Positions 16,124 to 25,157 are shown, counted from the first letter of the stretch. The stretch is 64,000 bases of DNA from Thermoplasmata archaeon (GCA_035504395.1 DATJRX010000028.1:20717-84716); one strand, 5' to 3'. Translations and numbers: made by a program. Notes: generated from the letters alone by a model not told the origin.

Positions 16124-18424
16124 TCAGAACGACGTCTGCGCGAGGCTCTCGGGCGAACGGTACGGGGCCCGCTCCGGCGGCGGCGCGACCCCCCAGCGCG
16201 CGAGGAGCGCGTCGTGGTCGACCCCGAGCGGGGCGAGCAGCGTCTCGGCCGTCCGCGCGAGGAGCTCGAGGTAGGCGCCGGCGTCGTACCGCTCGTCCCC
16301 CCGCAGGAGCTCGGCGGCCCGGACCCGTTCGCGGAACGAGCGGCTGCGCCGGTCCAGGATCACGAAGCGGACCATCTCCCCGGCGACCCGGCCGACCCCG
16401 GCCGCGGCGAGCTGGCGGACGGCGGCGACCGAGTCGGTGAACGTGACGAAGTCGCCGGGCTCCTGGCCCAGGCGGTGCGTGAGGACGAGCTCGTCGACCG
16501 GCCACGCGCCCACCGCGACCCGCTCGGCGAACAGGTCGGCCCGCGCGAGCGCGCGCGGCAGGAGCGCGCGGACCCCGTCCGCGTCGCGCGCCCCGCGGAA
16601 CAGCGTCAGCACCTCGCCCTCGAAGCGCCGCAGGAGCGCCGGGGTGTCGTGGCGGCGCGAGCCGATCCCCCGGAGCTTGAACTCGCCGTGCTCGTAGAGC
16701 CCGTAGTACCGGTTCGGGACGCCGAGCCCGTGCGTGGTCGCGGGGAGGAACAGGATCCATCGGTACCGGCCCTCGTAGCCGAGCGGGAGGTCGTAGCGCT
16801 CGCTCATCGCCCGGGCGAACGCCTCGGGATCCGGCGGGCGGCCGGGGTCGATCGGCCGGAGCCAGAGCGAGTCGACGATCCCGTGGACGACCCGGTACCC
16901 CGCGGCCTCCGCGGTCGGGACGAGGTCGGCGAGGAGCGCGCGCGCGTAGGCGTTGATCGCCTCGTGGCACTCGATCCGCCCGAACCGCGCGTTGCGGTAC
17001 CCCTGGTAGCCGAACGCCGTGACGAGGATCCACTTCAGCATCTTCACGCGCCGCTTGAACGCGAGCGCCTCCTCGGGCGGGATCCCGGGCCGCTTCGCCG
17101 CCGCCTTGTAGGCGGCCCGGCGCGCGAGGAGCGGGGCGAGCGTCCGCGGGATGAGCCCGACGCGCTGGACGCAGGAGCGGTAGCCGAGCCCCGGCGTCCG
17201 GATCGGGCTGTGGGGGCAGCACCGGCACTCGAGCGTCTCCGCCGAGAGGTTCTTCCGGACCATGATCGACGGGTAGAGGCTCGCGAAGTCGAACTCGTCC
17301 AGGAGGTCGTGCACGCCGACCGGCGGCAGGAAGATCACCCCGCCACGGTCGGCGGCGACCAGATGGTCGCCGCGCCGGAACGACTCGGGCCGGTTCTTCT
17401 TCCACGGGACGTGCGCCCCGAGCGCGCGCGCGTGCGCCATCTCCATCGCGGTGAAGCAGGTCCCCGGCGACTGGCGGGCGACCGTGGTCATCGAGAGCCG
17501 CGAGAGCCGCGCCGCGTCGACGAGCCCGGGGATCTCCGCGTCCCCCAGGAGGAACGAGTTCTCCCGGTCGAGGTGGAAGCGCCCCGGCGGGTTGTACGCC
17601 GCGTCCCGGTGGCGGACGACGCCGTACGTCTCGTAGGTGAGCGCCGGCTTCGCCGGCCGCACGCCGGCCCGCTCCCGTCCGAGCTCGAAGGCGCCGGCGC
17701 CGAGCCCGATCGCGGCCGCGCGGCGGTAGAGCCACGGGAAGTCGAACCCGTCCCCCCCGCAGGTCAGGAGGACGTCCGGGTCCGTGCGCGCGAGCTCGTC
17801 GACCAGCGCGCGCAGGACGTCCTCCTCCGTCCCCTCGAGCGTCGCGTCCCCGATCCGGACCGCGCTGATGCGCCCGTCCGGCGGCGGGATCCGCCCCCGC
17901 CGCTCCCCGGCGACCGTCACCTCGAGCCGGGCGGTGCGGAGCGGCGGCGTCGGGTAGTGGATCGTCTCCGCCGGCTCGGTCGCTGTGAGGTCGGCGCCGC
18001 GGCCCGCGACGGGGGCGAACGGGTAGAGGCGGTGCGCGAGGTGGTAGAGCTGGGGCGGCGAGAGGTCGACGTCGTAGAACCGGAACCGCTCGAACCCGCC
18101 GATCCGGTCGATCTCACGGGCGAGCGCACGCCGCGCCGGGTTGCGGCGCGGGGTGACCGCGAGCACCCCGTGCGGCCGCCGGTCGTAGAGGCTCGGCGCG
18201 AGGACGCGGCGCTCGACCGAGGCGACCGTCGGGAGGTCCCGGAGCCGGCGCGCGAGGCCCGGGAGCTCGGTCGCGGGACCGTCGACGAGGAACGGCGGCC
18301 GGAACTCGACCGCGGTCCGCGAGACGCGGCCGGTCGTTCGCTCCTTCCGCCAGAGGACGACCGAGCGGCCGTCGTCGCTCTCGGTGATGTCGAGGAGCCA
18401 GCCGTCGGCGCTCCCGGCGTCCAC
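16124..18424 (-). CDS. polB: Family-B DNA polymerase, divergent (non-canonical Exo I, motif B and motif C)
   Basis: 766 aa with GTG start verified at 18424. The PolB N-terminal and exonuclease fold pattern includes WLLDITE...FRPPFLV, FYDVDL and GDGFDFPWLYRRA. Motif A is DFASLYPS. Motif B reads KWILVTAFGYQGY, motif C reads VVHGIVDS, and Exo I reads ARLEVTV. Confidence 0.85.
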   Translation of the reverse strand: MDAGSADGWLLDITESDDGRSVVLWRKERTTGRVSRTAVEFRPPFLVDGPATELPGLARRLRDLPTVASVERRVLAPSLYDRRPHGVLAVTPRRNPARRALAREIDRIGGFERFRFYDVDLSPPQLYHLAHRLYPFAPVAGRGADLTATEPAETIHYPTPPLRTARLEVTVAGERRGRIPPPDGRISAVRIGDATLEGTEEDVLRALVDELARTDPDVLLTCGGDGFDFPWLYRRAAAIGLGAGAFELGRERAGVRPAKPALTYETYGVVRHRDAAYNPPGRFHLDRENSFLLGDAEIPGLVDAARLSRLSMTTVARQSPGTCFTAMEMAHARALGAHVPWKKNRPESFRRGDHLVAADRGGVIFLPPVGVHDLLDEFDFASLYPSIMVRKNLSAETLECRCCPHSPIRTPGLGYRSCVQRVGLIPRTLAPLLARRAAYKAAAKRPGIPPEEALAFKRRVKMLKWILVTAFGYQGYRNARFGRIECHEAINAYARALLADLVPTAEAAGYRVVHGIVDSLWLRPIDPGRPPDPEAFARAMSERYDLPLGYEGRYRWILFLPATTHGLGVPNRYYGLYEHGEFKLRGIGSRRHDTPALLRRFEGEVLTLFRGARDADGVRALLPRALARADLFAERVAVGAWPVDELVLTHRLGQEPGDFVTFTDSVAAVRQLAAAGVGRVAGEMVRFVILDRRSRSFRERVRAAELLRGDERYDAGAYLELLARTAETLLAPLGVDHDALLARWGVAPPPERAPYRSPESLAQTSF

Positions 18425-18426
18425 GG

Positions 18427-18681
18427 TCAGCGCGCGGCCGCCCGGGACGGGGGCTCGGCGGGGAGCCGCCGGGCGAGGTCGAGGAGCACGCTGAGGAGGA
18501 TCGACTCGAGGAGATCCGGGCTCCCGACGTACGTCGCCTGGGCCGCGTAGCGGCGGGCCCCGGTGCGGAGCGTCTCGAACGCCGCGCGCTCCTCGGGGGT
18601 CGTGAGGAGCCGCGCGAACTCGTCCCAGCGCTTCATCCGTTCCTCGAGCGCCTGGCGGTACGTCGGGGCGGTGCGGCCCAT
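18427..18681 (-). CDS. Small helical protein between the RecA-like gene and polB
   Basis: 84 aa from ATG 18681, or 69 aa from ATG 18636, which makes an ATGA overlap with the upstream stop. The stop TGA 18427-18429 lies 2 nt before the polB GTG. No family recognised. Confidence 0.45.
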   Translation of the reverse strand: MGRTAPTYRQALEERMKRWDEFARLLTTPEERAAFETLRTGARRYAAQATYVGSPDLLESILLSVLLDLARRLPAEPPSRAAAR

Positions 18682-19520
18682 GCGATCACCTCCTCGGCGG
18701 CGGAGCCGCCGCCGAACTCCTCGATCCCGTGCTGGCCGGCGGGACGGGGGACGAGCGCGAGACGGGCGTCGTCCCTCAGCGCGCGGACCTTGAGCGTCCC
18801 CGGCGCGCGGACGAAGGAGAGGTAGTCGCACCAGCGCGGTCCCTCGTCGGCGAGGCCGGGGAACCGCTCGAGCCCGTCCGGCGCGAGCGTGACGAGCAGC
18901 GGGACGCGGACCGCGTCGGTGACGGTGCGCAGGGTCCGGGCGACGTGGCGCAGGAGCGCCGCGCGCTCGTCGTCGGGGATCTCGTCCGCGGCGAACAGCG
19001 CGGGGAGGTCGTGCGCGACCAGGAGCGTCGGCGGGTGGCGTCGCACCTCGGCGGCCCAGCCGTCCACGAGCGCGACCATCTGGTAGGCGGTGAACGCGCG
19101 GGCGAGGCGGATGCGGTGGAGCGTCTCGGTCGCGTCGACCCCGAGCGAGCGGCCGAGCTCGCCGACCCGGTACGGATGGAACCGGTTCGCCCCCTCGAGC
19201 AGCGAGACCTGCCCGCGGGCGCGCGCGCTCCCCGCGTAGAGGAGCTCCAGGATCGGCTCGACCGCGACGTGCGCGCCGGTCCACAGGGTCGCCTCGCCCG
19301 GGGCGAAGCGGCGCGCGAGCCACGGGAACAGCGCGGGCTCGGGCGGAAGGACCGGGCGGGCGCGGACGCGCGGTCGGGTCCGCGGCGCGAGCCGAAGGCG
19401 CGGAACCGGACCGTCCGGCGCGCCCGACGGCGCCGCCGGGCGCGAGGACGGTTCGAACGGCTCGGCCTCCCCGGGCAGGAGGAGCGGCTCGATCTCGAAC
19501 GGGTGGGCCATCGCGGGCAT
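18633..19520 (-). CDS. RecA-fold (RadB/KaiC-like) protein lacking a Walker A P-loop
   Basis: Starts at internal ATG 19520 (or 19511) of track ORF 18633-19631. The core VSLLEGANRFHPYRVGELGRSLGVDATETLHRIRLARAFTAYQMVALVD...PTLLVAHDLPALF follows the RadA/RadB pattern with a Walker-B-like LLVAHD. No GxxxxGK[ST] is present. The N-terminal ~70 aa are Pro-rich. Confidence 0.55.
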   Translation of the reverse strand: MPAMAHPFEIEPLLLPGEAEPFEPSSRPAAPSGAPDGPVPRLRLAPRTRPRVRARPVLPPEPALFPWLARRFAPGEATLWTGAHVAVEPILELLYAGSARARGQVSLLEGANRFHPYRVGELGRSLGVDATETLHRIRLARAFTAYQMVALVDGWAAEVRRHPPTLLVAHDLPALFAADEIPDDERAALLRHVARTLRTVTDAVRVPLLVTLAPDGLERFPGLADEGPRWCDYLSFVRAPGTLKVRALRDDARLALVPRPAGQHGIEEFGGGSAAEEVIAWAAPPRRTARRSRNG

Positions 19521-19548
19521 CGGCCCCCCGTTCAGGGGCTGGACCGCT

Positions 19549-20289
19549 CTAAAGCGACCGTTCGGGGCGGGTTGAAACGGGCTCGGGAACGAGGCGTTCC
19601 CCTCGGTCTCGAACGCCGACCGGCGATGCATCGGCGGCCCGCTCGAGGTAGGCGAGGACCTCGTTCGCGTGCCGGTCGGGCGGGAACACCGGGTAGAACA
19701 CCTTCTCGATCCGTCCCCGGTCGGCGACGAACGTCAGGCGTCGCACGAGGGTTCGCCCCTGCAGCGGGAAGGAGGAGGTTCTCCCTTCGAAGGCGACCGT
19801 CGGGTTCCGGAGCGATGCGACGAACGTCGGGAGCCGGAGCGCCCGGACGAGCTCGAACCGCGAGTCATTGAGCAGCTCGTACGGCAGGTGCAACCGCTCC
19901 GCCAGTTCGACCTGTTCGGCCCAGCCCTGGGCGGGGTCCTCCTGACCTTGACCGCTCACCCCGAACACCTCGCATCCCGTGTCGCGGATCGCAGCGTACG
20001 CGTCGCGGAAGCCGCAGTTCTCGAGGGTACAGCCCCGGGCCCCCGGGATCTCGCTCCACTCGCCGGGGATCGGGATCCCCGGGGCGACGGTCGCGGGGTA
20101 CAGGAAGAACACCGTCCGGTGCTCCGCGGCCCCGGCGACGTCGACGACCCGTCCGCGGGTCGACCGAAGCCGGACCGACGGGACCGGGGCCCCGGTCAGG
20201 TGGGTCGCCGCACCGTCGTCGGTCGGCGCCGGCAGGCCTCCCGGAAGGACGAAGAGGTTGACGTCGGTCGGGATTTCGTCCCAGCCCAT
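19549..20289 (-). CDS. Peroxiredoxin, Bcp/AhpC-TSA family, with N- and C-terminal extensions
   Basis: ATG verified at 20289. PGARGCTLENCGFRD is the Bcp-type CxxxxC peroxidatic/resolving motif. The thioredoxin-fold context FGVSGQ...LPYELLND follows. Confidence 0.7.
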   Translation of the reverse strand: MGWDEIPTDVNLFVLPGGLPAPTDDGAATHLTGAPVPSVRLRSTRGRVVDVAGAAEHRTVFFLYPATVAPGIPIPGEWSEIPGARGCTLENCGFRDAYAAIRDTGCEVFGVSGQGQEDPAQGWAEQVELAERLHLPYELLNDSRFELVRALRLPTFVASLRNPTVAFEGRTSSFPLQGRTLVRRLTFVADRGRIEKVFYPVFPPDRHANEVLAYLERAADASPVGVRDRGERLVPEPVSTRPERSL

Positions 20290-20304
20290 CCCGTCGTCCG
20301 CTCC

Positions 20305-21591
20305 CTAGAAGATGTAGGCGTGGCCGGCCGAGGTATCGGCCCCGACGCTCTCATAGCCGGCGCCGACCACGATGCACGCGGCGTCGGCCGCCACCGCGCT
20401 CCCGAACCCCCCGTTGGTCTGAAAGTTCGGGCTCGTGAGGGTGGTCAGGATCGCACCGGTCGTGGCGTTGAACACGGTGGCGTTGCCGGCGCCGGGGGCA
20501 CCGAACGCAGCGTCGTTCGGGGCTCCCACGACGACGTCGAGGCCGCTCACGGCGACACTGTACCCGAATTCTCCGCCGTACTGGGGGCTGGGGTTGATCA
20601 GCTGAGCCGTGAGGATGCCGGTGCTACTGTTGTAGAGGTAGGCGTTCCCGGCGTCGAACATGCCCGACACGTTCTCGGACCGGGCACCGACCACCAATAC
20701 CGTCCCTCCGACCGCGAGGGACACCCCGTAGGCCCCGTAGCCCGACTGGGCGTTCGGGCTCGCGAGAACGTACGTGGTCCGGCCGGCCGGCGCGCTCGTC
20801 GCCTTCAGCACCAGGTAGACGTGACCGCCGCTCCCCTCGCCCGGGGCGCCGATGTAGGCGGTCGTGCCGCTGAGGGCGACCGAGTAGCCGAAGACCCCGC
20901 CCGCGACGGGATTCGACGTGGTCAGCGACGCGATGGAGCTGCAGCTCGTGGAGAAGATGTACGCATTGCCCCCCTCGTCCAATCCGCCGGAGGTCTCGCC
21001 CGGTGCGCCGACGAGCACGTCCGTGCCGCTGATCGCCACGGACCAGCCGAACGCGCCGCCGATCGAGGTCGAGGTTCCGGCGACGGGAGCGGGGTCGACG
21101 AGCGTGCACTTGTAGGTGACCGTGGAGCCGCTGATCGTGTACACGTAGGCGTTCCCCGCGTTCAGGACCGCCCCGGCGGTCTCGTTGGGCGCTCCCACCA
21201 CGAGCGTGGTCCCGCTCATCGCGACCGAGTTGCCGAACCAGCCGTTGAGCTTGGGATGCGGGCTCGCGATCGTGGCGACGAGATGGCCGGTCCCCGAATT
21301 GTAGACGTACACGTTACCGCCCTGAACGGACCCGGCATCGGTCTCGAACGGCGCGCCGACGGCCGCCTTCCCGTTGGCGACGGCCGAGCTCGTGCCGAAC
21401 CCCCCGTTCGTTTGGGGCGAGCCGCTCGAGAGCTCGATCGCGGCGTGCAACACGATCGGCGCGGGCGGCGCCACCACGAGGGGGGTGACCGATCCCGCCG
21501 CCGCGGCCAATCCCACGAGCAGTCCGAGTACGGCCGCGGCTCCGAGTACGGACACCAGCGCGATGCGTGCCTTGCGGGCGATAGCTCTCAT
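20305..21591 (-). CDS. Secreted or anchored FG-GAP repeat (beta-propeller) protein
   Basis: N-terminal hydrophobic anchor ARIALVSVLGAAAVLGLLVGLAAAAG. About seven repeats follow, of the form FG.SVA.SG..vvVGAP.e...g.aGnAYvy. This stretch is visibly less GC-rich than its neighbours. Confidence 0.75.
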   Translation of the reverse strand: MRAIARKARIALVSVLGAAAVLGLLVGLAAAAGSVTPLVVAPPAPIVLHAAIELSSGSPQTNGGFGTSSAVANGKAAVGAPFETDAGSVQGGNVYVYNSGTGHLVATIASPHPKLNGWFGNSVAMSGTTLVVGAPNETAGAVLNAGNAYVYTISGSTVTYKCTLVDPAPVAGTSTSIGGAFGWSVAISGTDVLVGAPGETSGGLDEGGNAYIFSTSCSSIASLTTSNPVAGGVFGYSVALSGTTAYIGAPGEGSGGHVYLVLKATSAPAGRTTYVLASPNAQSGYGAYGVSLAVGGTVLVVGARSENVSGMFDAGNAYLYNSSTGILTAQLINPSPQYGGEFGYSVAVSGLDVVVGAPNDAAFGAPGAGNATVFNATTGAILTTLTSPNFQTNGGFGSAVAADAACIVVGAGYESVGADTSAGHAYIF

Positions 21592-21720
21592 TGTCGTTCG
21601 CTTCCCGGGAACCGAGGTCCCCCGGCGCGGACCGGGGTCTAGGTAGATAAACCACCGACGCGACGCCTCGCCCGCGCGGCGGGCGGACCGTGCGCCGACG
21701 GCCGGGTCCGGCGGCCCGGT

Positions 21721-22503
21721 TCAGCGCGGATCTCCGAGCGACTCGAGCCGCGACGCCCCCGGCGGGGGAGGCAGTCCGAGGGCCTCCGCGAGGGTCTGCC
21801 CGTTCGTCGCCGCGTCGCCCCGGAAATGGTTGTTGAAGAAGCCGTAGACGGTAGTCGCATTCTCGGCGAGGGTACGGACCCGGGGGACCCACGCGGCGAG
21901 CTCCGCGGGGGAGTAGGTGTAGTCGTACCACGTCGGGTTCCCGTGCCCGTGCCAGCGCACGTAGGCGAACGGTGCCGTCACGCGGAGGTCGATGGGGAGG
22001 TGCGGCCCGTCGAGCACGACGTAGGCGAGACGGAACTCCTCGAGGAGCGCATACGACTCGGGGACGAGCCAGGACCGTTCGCGGAACTCCACGGCGACCC
22101 TAAGATCGTCCGGGAGCGAGGCGTAGAACGCGCGGACGGTCGGCGCGTCGAACGGCAGCGACGGCGGGAGCTGCAGCAACGCGGCCGCGAACTTGCCGGC
22201 GTCGCGGAGCGGCTTCAAGACCGCGAGGAACCGCGCGAGCTCTTCGTCGGCCCCGACGAGCCGGAGGGCGTGCGTGATCGTCTGCGGGAACTTCGCGGCG
22301 AACGTGAATCCCGGCGGCGTGCGACGCGCCCACGACGCCGCGACGGACGGCGCGGGCAGGCGGTAGAACGTGGAGTTGACCTCGACGATCGGGAACAGGC
22401 CGGCGTAGTAGCGCAGCCGGTCCGCGACGTCGTGGGGCGGATAGACGCGGCCGACCCACTCCGCGTAGTCCCATCCGCTGGTGCCGAGCAGGATCGAGCC
22501 CAC
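21721..22503 (-). CDS. DUF72 (YecE-like) family protein
   Basis: GTG start at 22503. LLGTSGWDYAEWVGRVYP...VEVNSTFYRLP...FAAKFPQTITH...VEFRERSW...YVRWHG is the characteristic DUF72 signature string. Confidence 0.8.
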   Translation of the reverse strand: MGSILLGTSGWDYAEWVGRVYPPHDVADRLRYYAGLFPIVEVNSTFYRLPAPSVAASWARRTPPGFTFAAKFPQTITHALRLVGADEELARFLAVLKPLRDAGKFAAALLQLPPSLPFDAPTVRAFYASLPDDLRVAVEFRERSWLVPESYALLEEFRLAYVVLDGPHLPIDLRVTAPFAYVRWHGHGNPTWYDYTYSPAELAAWVPRVRTLAENATTVYGFFNNHFRGDAATNGQTLAEALGLPPPPGASRLESLGDPR

Positions 22504-22575
22504 GGACGCCCCGTCTCGGGGAGGCCGCCCGGTGCGATAACCGCTCTTCCGGCGGCGGAACGCGGGCCGGCGCCG

Positions 22576-23934
22576 CTAGGGACCTTCGGGACCCTCGGGC
22601 ACCGCCCGGCTCGGCCCTCCGCCCGAGCGGACCGGCACCGGCCCGGCGGGCGGCGTCGGCCCGGACGGCGCCCAGAACGTGAGGAGCCCGTAGATCGAGG
22701 TCGCGAGGAGCACCGCCGTGCCGAGCGCGCCGAAGGCGACGGTGCGCAGGCGCCGCCGGGGCTCGATCCCCTTCGCCACGGTCCCGAGGAACGTGCCCGT
22801 ACCGGCGAGGCCGAAGACCAGCTGGAGGTCGCGCACCGGTGCGACCCAGTCGGAGCGGACGTGCATTCCCGGCGCGGGGGTCGCGACGCCGTAGAGCGCG
22901 TGCGCGATCGGATCGAGCACGGAGTGCGTCACCAGGCCGACCTCCATCGGTCCGCGGGCGATCGCGAGCGCGACCACGACGATCGGCAGCGCGTAGGTCC
23001 CGCCGAGCTCGAGGCGATAGAACAGCCCGGGATGGTCCGGTCCCGCGCCCCGCAGGTACCGACCGAGCCGGATCCAGCTCGACCGGGACCAGCGGACGTT
23101 CTGCCGGACGAACGCCCCGACGCTCCCCTTCGGGGAGGTCACGACCCGGATGTCGTACGCCTTCACCGTCGCGAGCCCGAGCGACAGCACGTGGTCCGTC
23201 AGCAGCCAGTCGTCGCCGAGCGACGAGGCGCGGCCGGCGACCGAGAGGCGCTGGAACTCCTCGGAGAGGATGTACGAACGGACCTGCTCGGTCCGGAACA
23301 TCATGCACGCGCCGTCGAGGTAGAGCACGTTCCCCCGGGAGGACATCGCCCGCAGGACGACCTCGCGGGCCCGCTCGACGAACTCCGCGGCGGCGGCGAC
23401 CCCGGTGCCGGTATCGCGTACCGAAAGGTTCGCCCCGACCCCGCCCACCCCCGGGGAGAAGTAGGCGGCGAGCCCGCTCGCCGCGCCCGCCGGGAGCACG
23501 GTGTCGGCGTCCACGAACAGCACGTACGGGGTCGCGACGCGCCGGATCCCCTCGGCGAGCGCCGCCTTCTTCCCGCCGGGTTCGGACCTCCGAACGAACG
23601 CTCCGCCGGCGCCCTCGACGATCGCCCGGTAGGGCGCGTCGACCCCGTCCCCGACGACGATGAACCGGGCGCCCTGCGTCGCCACCGAGCGGACGCACTC
23701 CGCGAACAGGGCCGGAGGCTCGTGGTGGACCGGGACCACGATCGTCACCTGGGCCGGATCCACCGGAGCGCCCCGCTGGGCGCGCGCTCGGCGCCGGGAG
23801 AGGAGGACGTTCGTCAGCAGGTAGCAGGTCGGAAGGAACGCGATCGCGAGGAGGACGAGCGGAACCAGCCAGACCCCCAACGCGATCCTTCCCGCGCGAG
23901 ACCGGCCGGCCGGGCTCAAATCGTTGTGTCCCAC
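22576..23934 (-). CDS. Membrane-embedded family-2 glycosyltransferase (processive, QxxRW type)
   Basis: GTG start at 23934. It has an N-terminal TM helix and the GT-A core VTIVVPVHHEP...LFVDADTVLP...GACMMFR...QNVRWSRS, followed by C-terminal TM helices. Confidence 0.8.
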   Translation of the reverse strand: MGHNDLSPAGRSRAGRIALGVWLVPLVLLAIAFLPTCYLLTNVLLSRRRARAQRGAPVDPAQVTIVVPVHHEPPALFAECVRSVATQGARFIVVGDGVDAPYRAIVEGAGGAFVRRSEPGGKKAALAEGIRRVATPYVLFVDADTVLPAGAASGLAAYFSPGVGGVGANLSVRDTGTGVAAAAEFVERAREVVLRAMSSRGNVLYLDGACMMFRTEQVRSYILSEEFQRLSVAGRASSLGDDWLLTDHVLSLGLATVKAYDIRVVTSPKGSVGAFVRQNVRWSRSSWIRLGRYLRGAGPDHPGLFYRLELGGTYALPIVVVALAIARGPMEVGLVTHSVLDPIAHALYGVATPAPGMHVRSDWVAPVRDLQLVFGLAGTGTFLGTVAKGIEPRRRLRTVAFGALGTAVLLATSIYGLLTFWAPSGPTPPAGPVPVRSGGGPSRAVPEGPEGP

Positions 23935-23963
23935 CGCGCGCCCGCGCAGGCCCTCGTGTGCCT

Positions 23964-23978
23964 GAAAAATCTAATAGG
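23964..23978 (+). promoter_or_regulatory. TATA-like box upstream of the ferredoxin gene
   Basis: gaaaaatctaatagg is an isolated AT-rich element about 35-45 nt upstream of GTG 24012. It lies inside the longer track ORF that begins at GTG 23958, which argues for the shorter CDS. Confidence 0.4.
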
Positions 23979-24011
23979 ACGGACCGCCCCCCCGCGGGGG
24001 AGGCAGCGCCG

Positions 24012-24290
24012 GTGGTCCAGGTCGACATCGACATCGCGAAGTGCACGGGCTGCTCCCACTGCAAGGACGTCTGTCCGGTCAACGTCTTCGAGCTGCGGCC
24101 CCGCGACCAGGTCCCGGACGTGGTCGACGACCCGAACGTCGCCGCGAAGTTCCAGTTCCGCGGCGAGAAGTCGCTCGCCGTGCTGGGCCCCGAGTGCATC
24201 GTCTGCGAGGCCTGCCTCTTCGAGTGCGAGGGCGAGTGCATCCTCATCACCGACGAGGAAGGCCACGTCCACTACTCGACCTACAAGTGA
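24012..24290 (+). CDS. 2x[4Fe-4S]-type ferredoxin-like protein
   Basis: It carries CTGCSHCKDVCP and CIVCEACLFECEGEC cluster motifs. I preferred GTG 24012 over GTG 23958 because of the TATA-like box. Confidence 0.7.
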   Translation: MVQVDIDIAKCTGCSHCKDVCPVNVFELRPRDQVPDVVDDPNVAAKFQFRGEKSLAVLGPECIVCEACLFECEGECILITDEEGHVHYSTYK

Positions 24291-24354
24291 GCCGGAACGG
24301 CGCGGACGGCCCGCGGGGACCGCGACGGCCCTCGCAGGACGACCCGGAGGACGC

Positions 24355-25026
24355 TCACCCCGGCGCCCGGGGTGTCCGCCGGCTCGGGCGCTCCGCCTCG
24401 GGGAGGAACGTGAACAGCCTCCCGCGGAGATCGAGGTTCCGGGGGGATCCCGTGAACCGGTGCGCCCCGGCGCTCATGGTGGAGTTCGGGATCGCCACGA
24501 ACGCGATCTCGTCGAACCCGGCCGCCCGGAACCACCCGCGGATCGTCGGGGTGAGGTCCGGCTCGAACCGGCCGCGCGTCCAGACCACGGCCGCGCCCGG
24601 CGCGCACAGCTCGGGCAGGCGATCGACGAAATGGTGCAGGTCGTCGTCGGCGATGTTCCCGAAGATCCCGCAGGCGACCACGAGGTCCGCCGGGACCGCC
24701 CCTTCGACGGCGTCCGGCGCCCCGGCGTCCGCGAGCCGGAACTCGACGCCCCCGAACCCCGAACGGGCGATCCGCTCGCGCCCCGCGGCCACCAGGGTCG
24801 GGTCGGCGTCCACGAGCCGGGCGGTCACGTCGGGTCCGCGCGGATGCGACGCGAGCACCTCGAGGAGGTCCCGGCCGTCCCCGGCGCACAGACTGATCGC
24901 CCGGATCGGTCCGGCCGGTCGGGCGGCGAGCTCGCGGCGGATCAGTTCGCGGACGGTCTCGAGGCGACGCACGAGCCCCGGCTCCCGCTCGTAGCGCCGA
25001 TGCCAGGCCACCCACTCGGTCTCCAT
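24355..25026 (-). CDS. Class I SAM-dependent methyltransferase
   Basis: Motif I-like AISLCAGDGRDLL, a later LVDADP acidic loop, and VVACGIFGNI (motif IV-like). Substrate unknown. Confidence 0.65.
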   Translation of the reverse strand: METEWVAWHRRYEREPGLVRRLETVRELIRRELAARPAGPIRAISLCAGDGRDLLEVLASHPRGPDVTARLVDADPTLVAAGRERIARSGFGGVEFRLADAGAPDAVEGAVPADLVVACGIFGNIADDDLHHFVDRLPELCAPGAAVVWTRGRFEPDLTPTIRGWFRAAGFDEIAFVAIPNSTMSAGAHRFTGSPRNLDLRGRLFTFLPEAERPSRRTPRAPG

Positions 25027-25125
25027 CGCCGCGACGAACGGGAGCGCCCGGGGCTACAAGCGGTACGTCCGGGACCGCGGTTCCCACCCCGTTCCGGCGC
25101 GCGATCCTCGCCGGCCCCGGGAGCC

Positions 25126-25135
25126 GTTAAATAGG
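25126..25135 (+). promoter_or_regulatory. TATA-like box for the atpFABD-HI operon
   Basis: gttaaatagg lies 23-32 nt upstream of the atpF GTG at 25158. Confidence 0.45.
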
Positions 25136-25157
25136 CACTCACCCCGCCGATGGAGCC

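Noticed and set aside
19521-19631. First 37 codons of track ORF 18633-19631
   Set aside because: They would overlap the 3' end of the peroxiredoxin gene (which ends at 19549). Internal ATGs at 19520 and 19511 give a start just downstream of that gene. The start remains uncertain.
21826-25134. 1102-aa plus-strand ORF
   Set aside because: It runs antisense or out of frame across DUF72, the GT2 gene, the ferredoxin and the methyltransferase. It is Arg/Pro/Gly-rich with no recognisable domain, and every underlying gene has clear family signatures.
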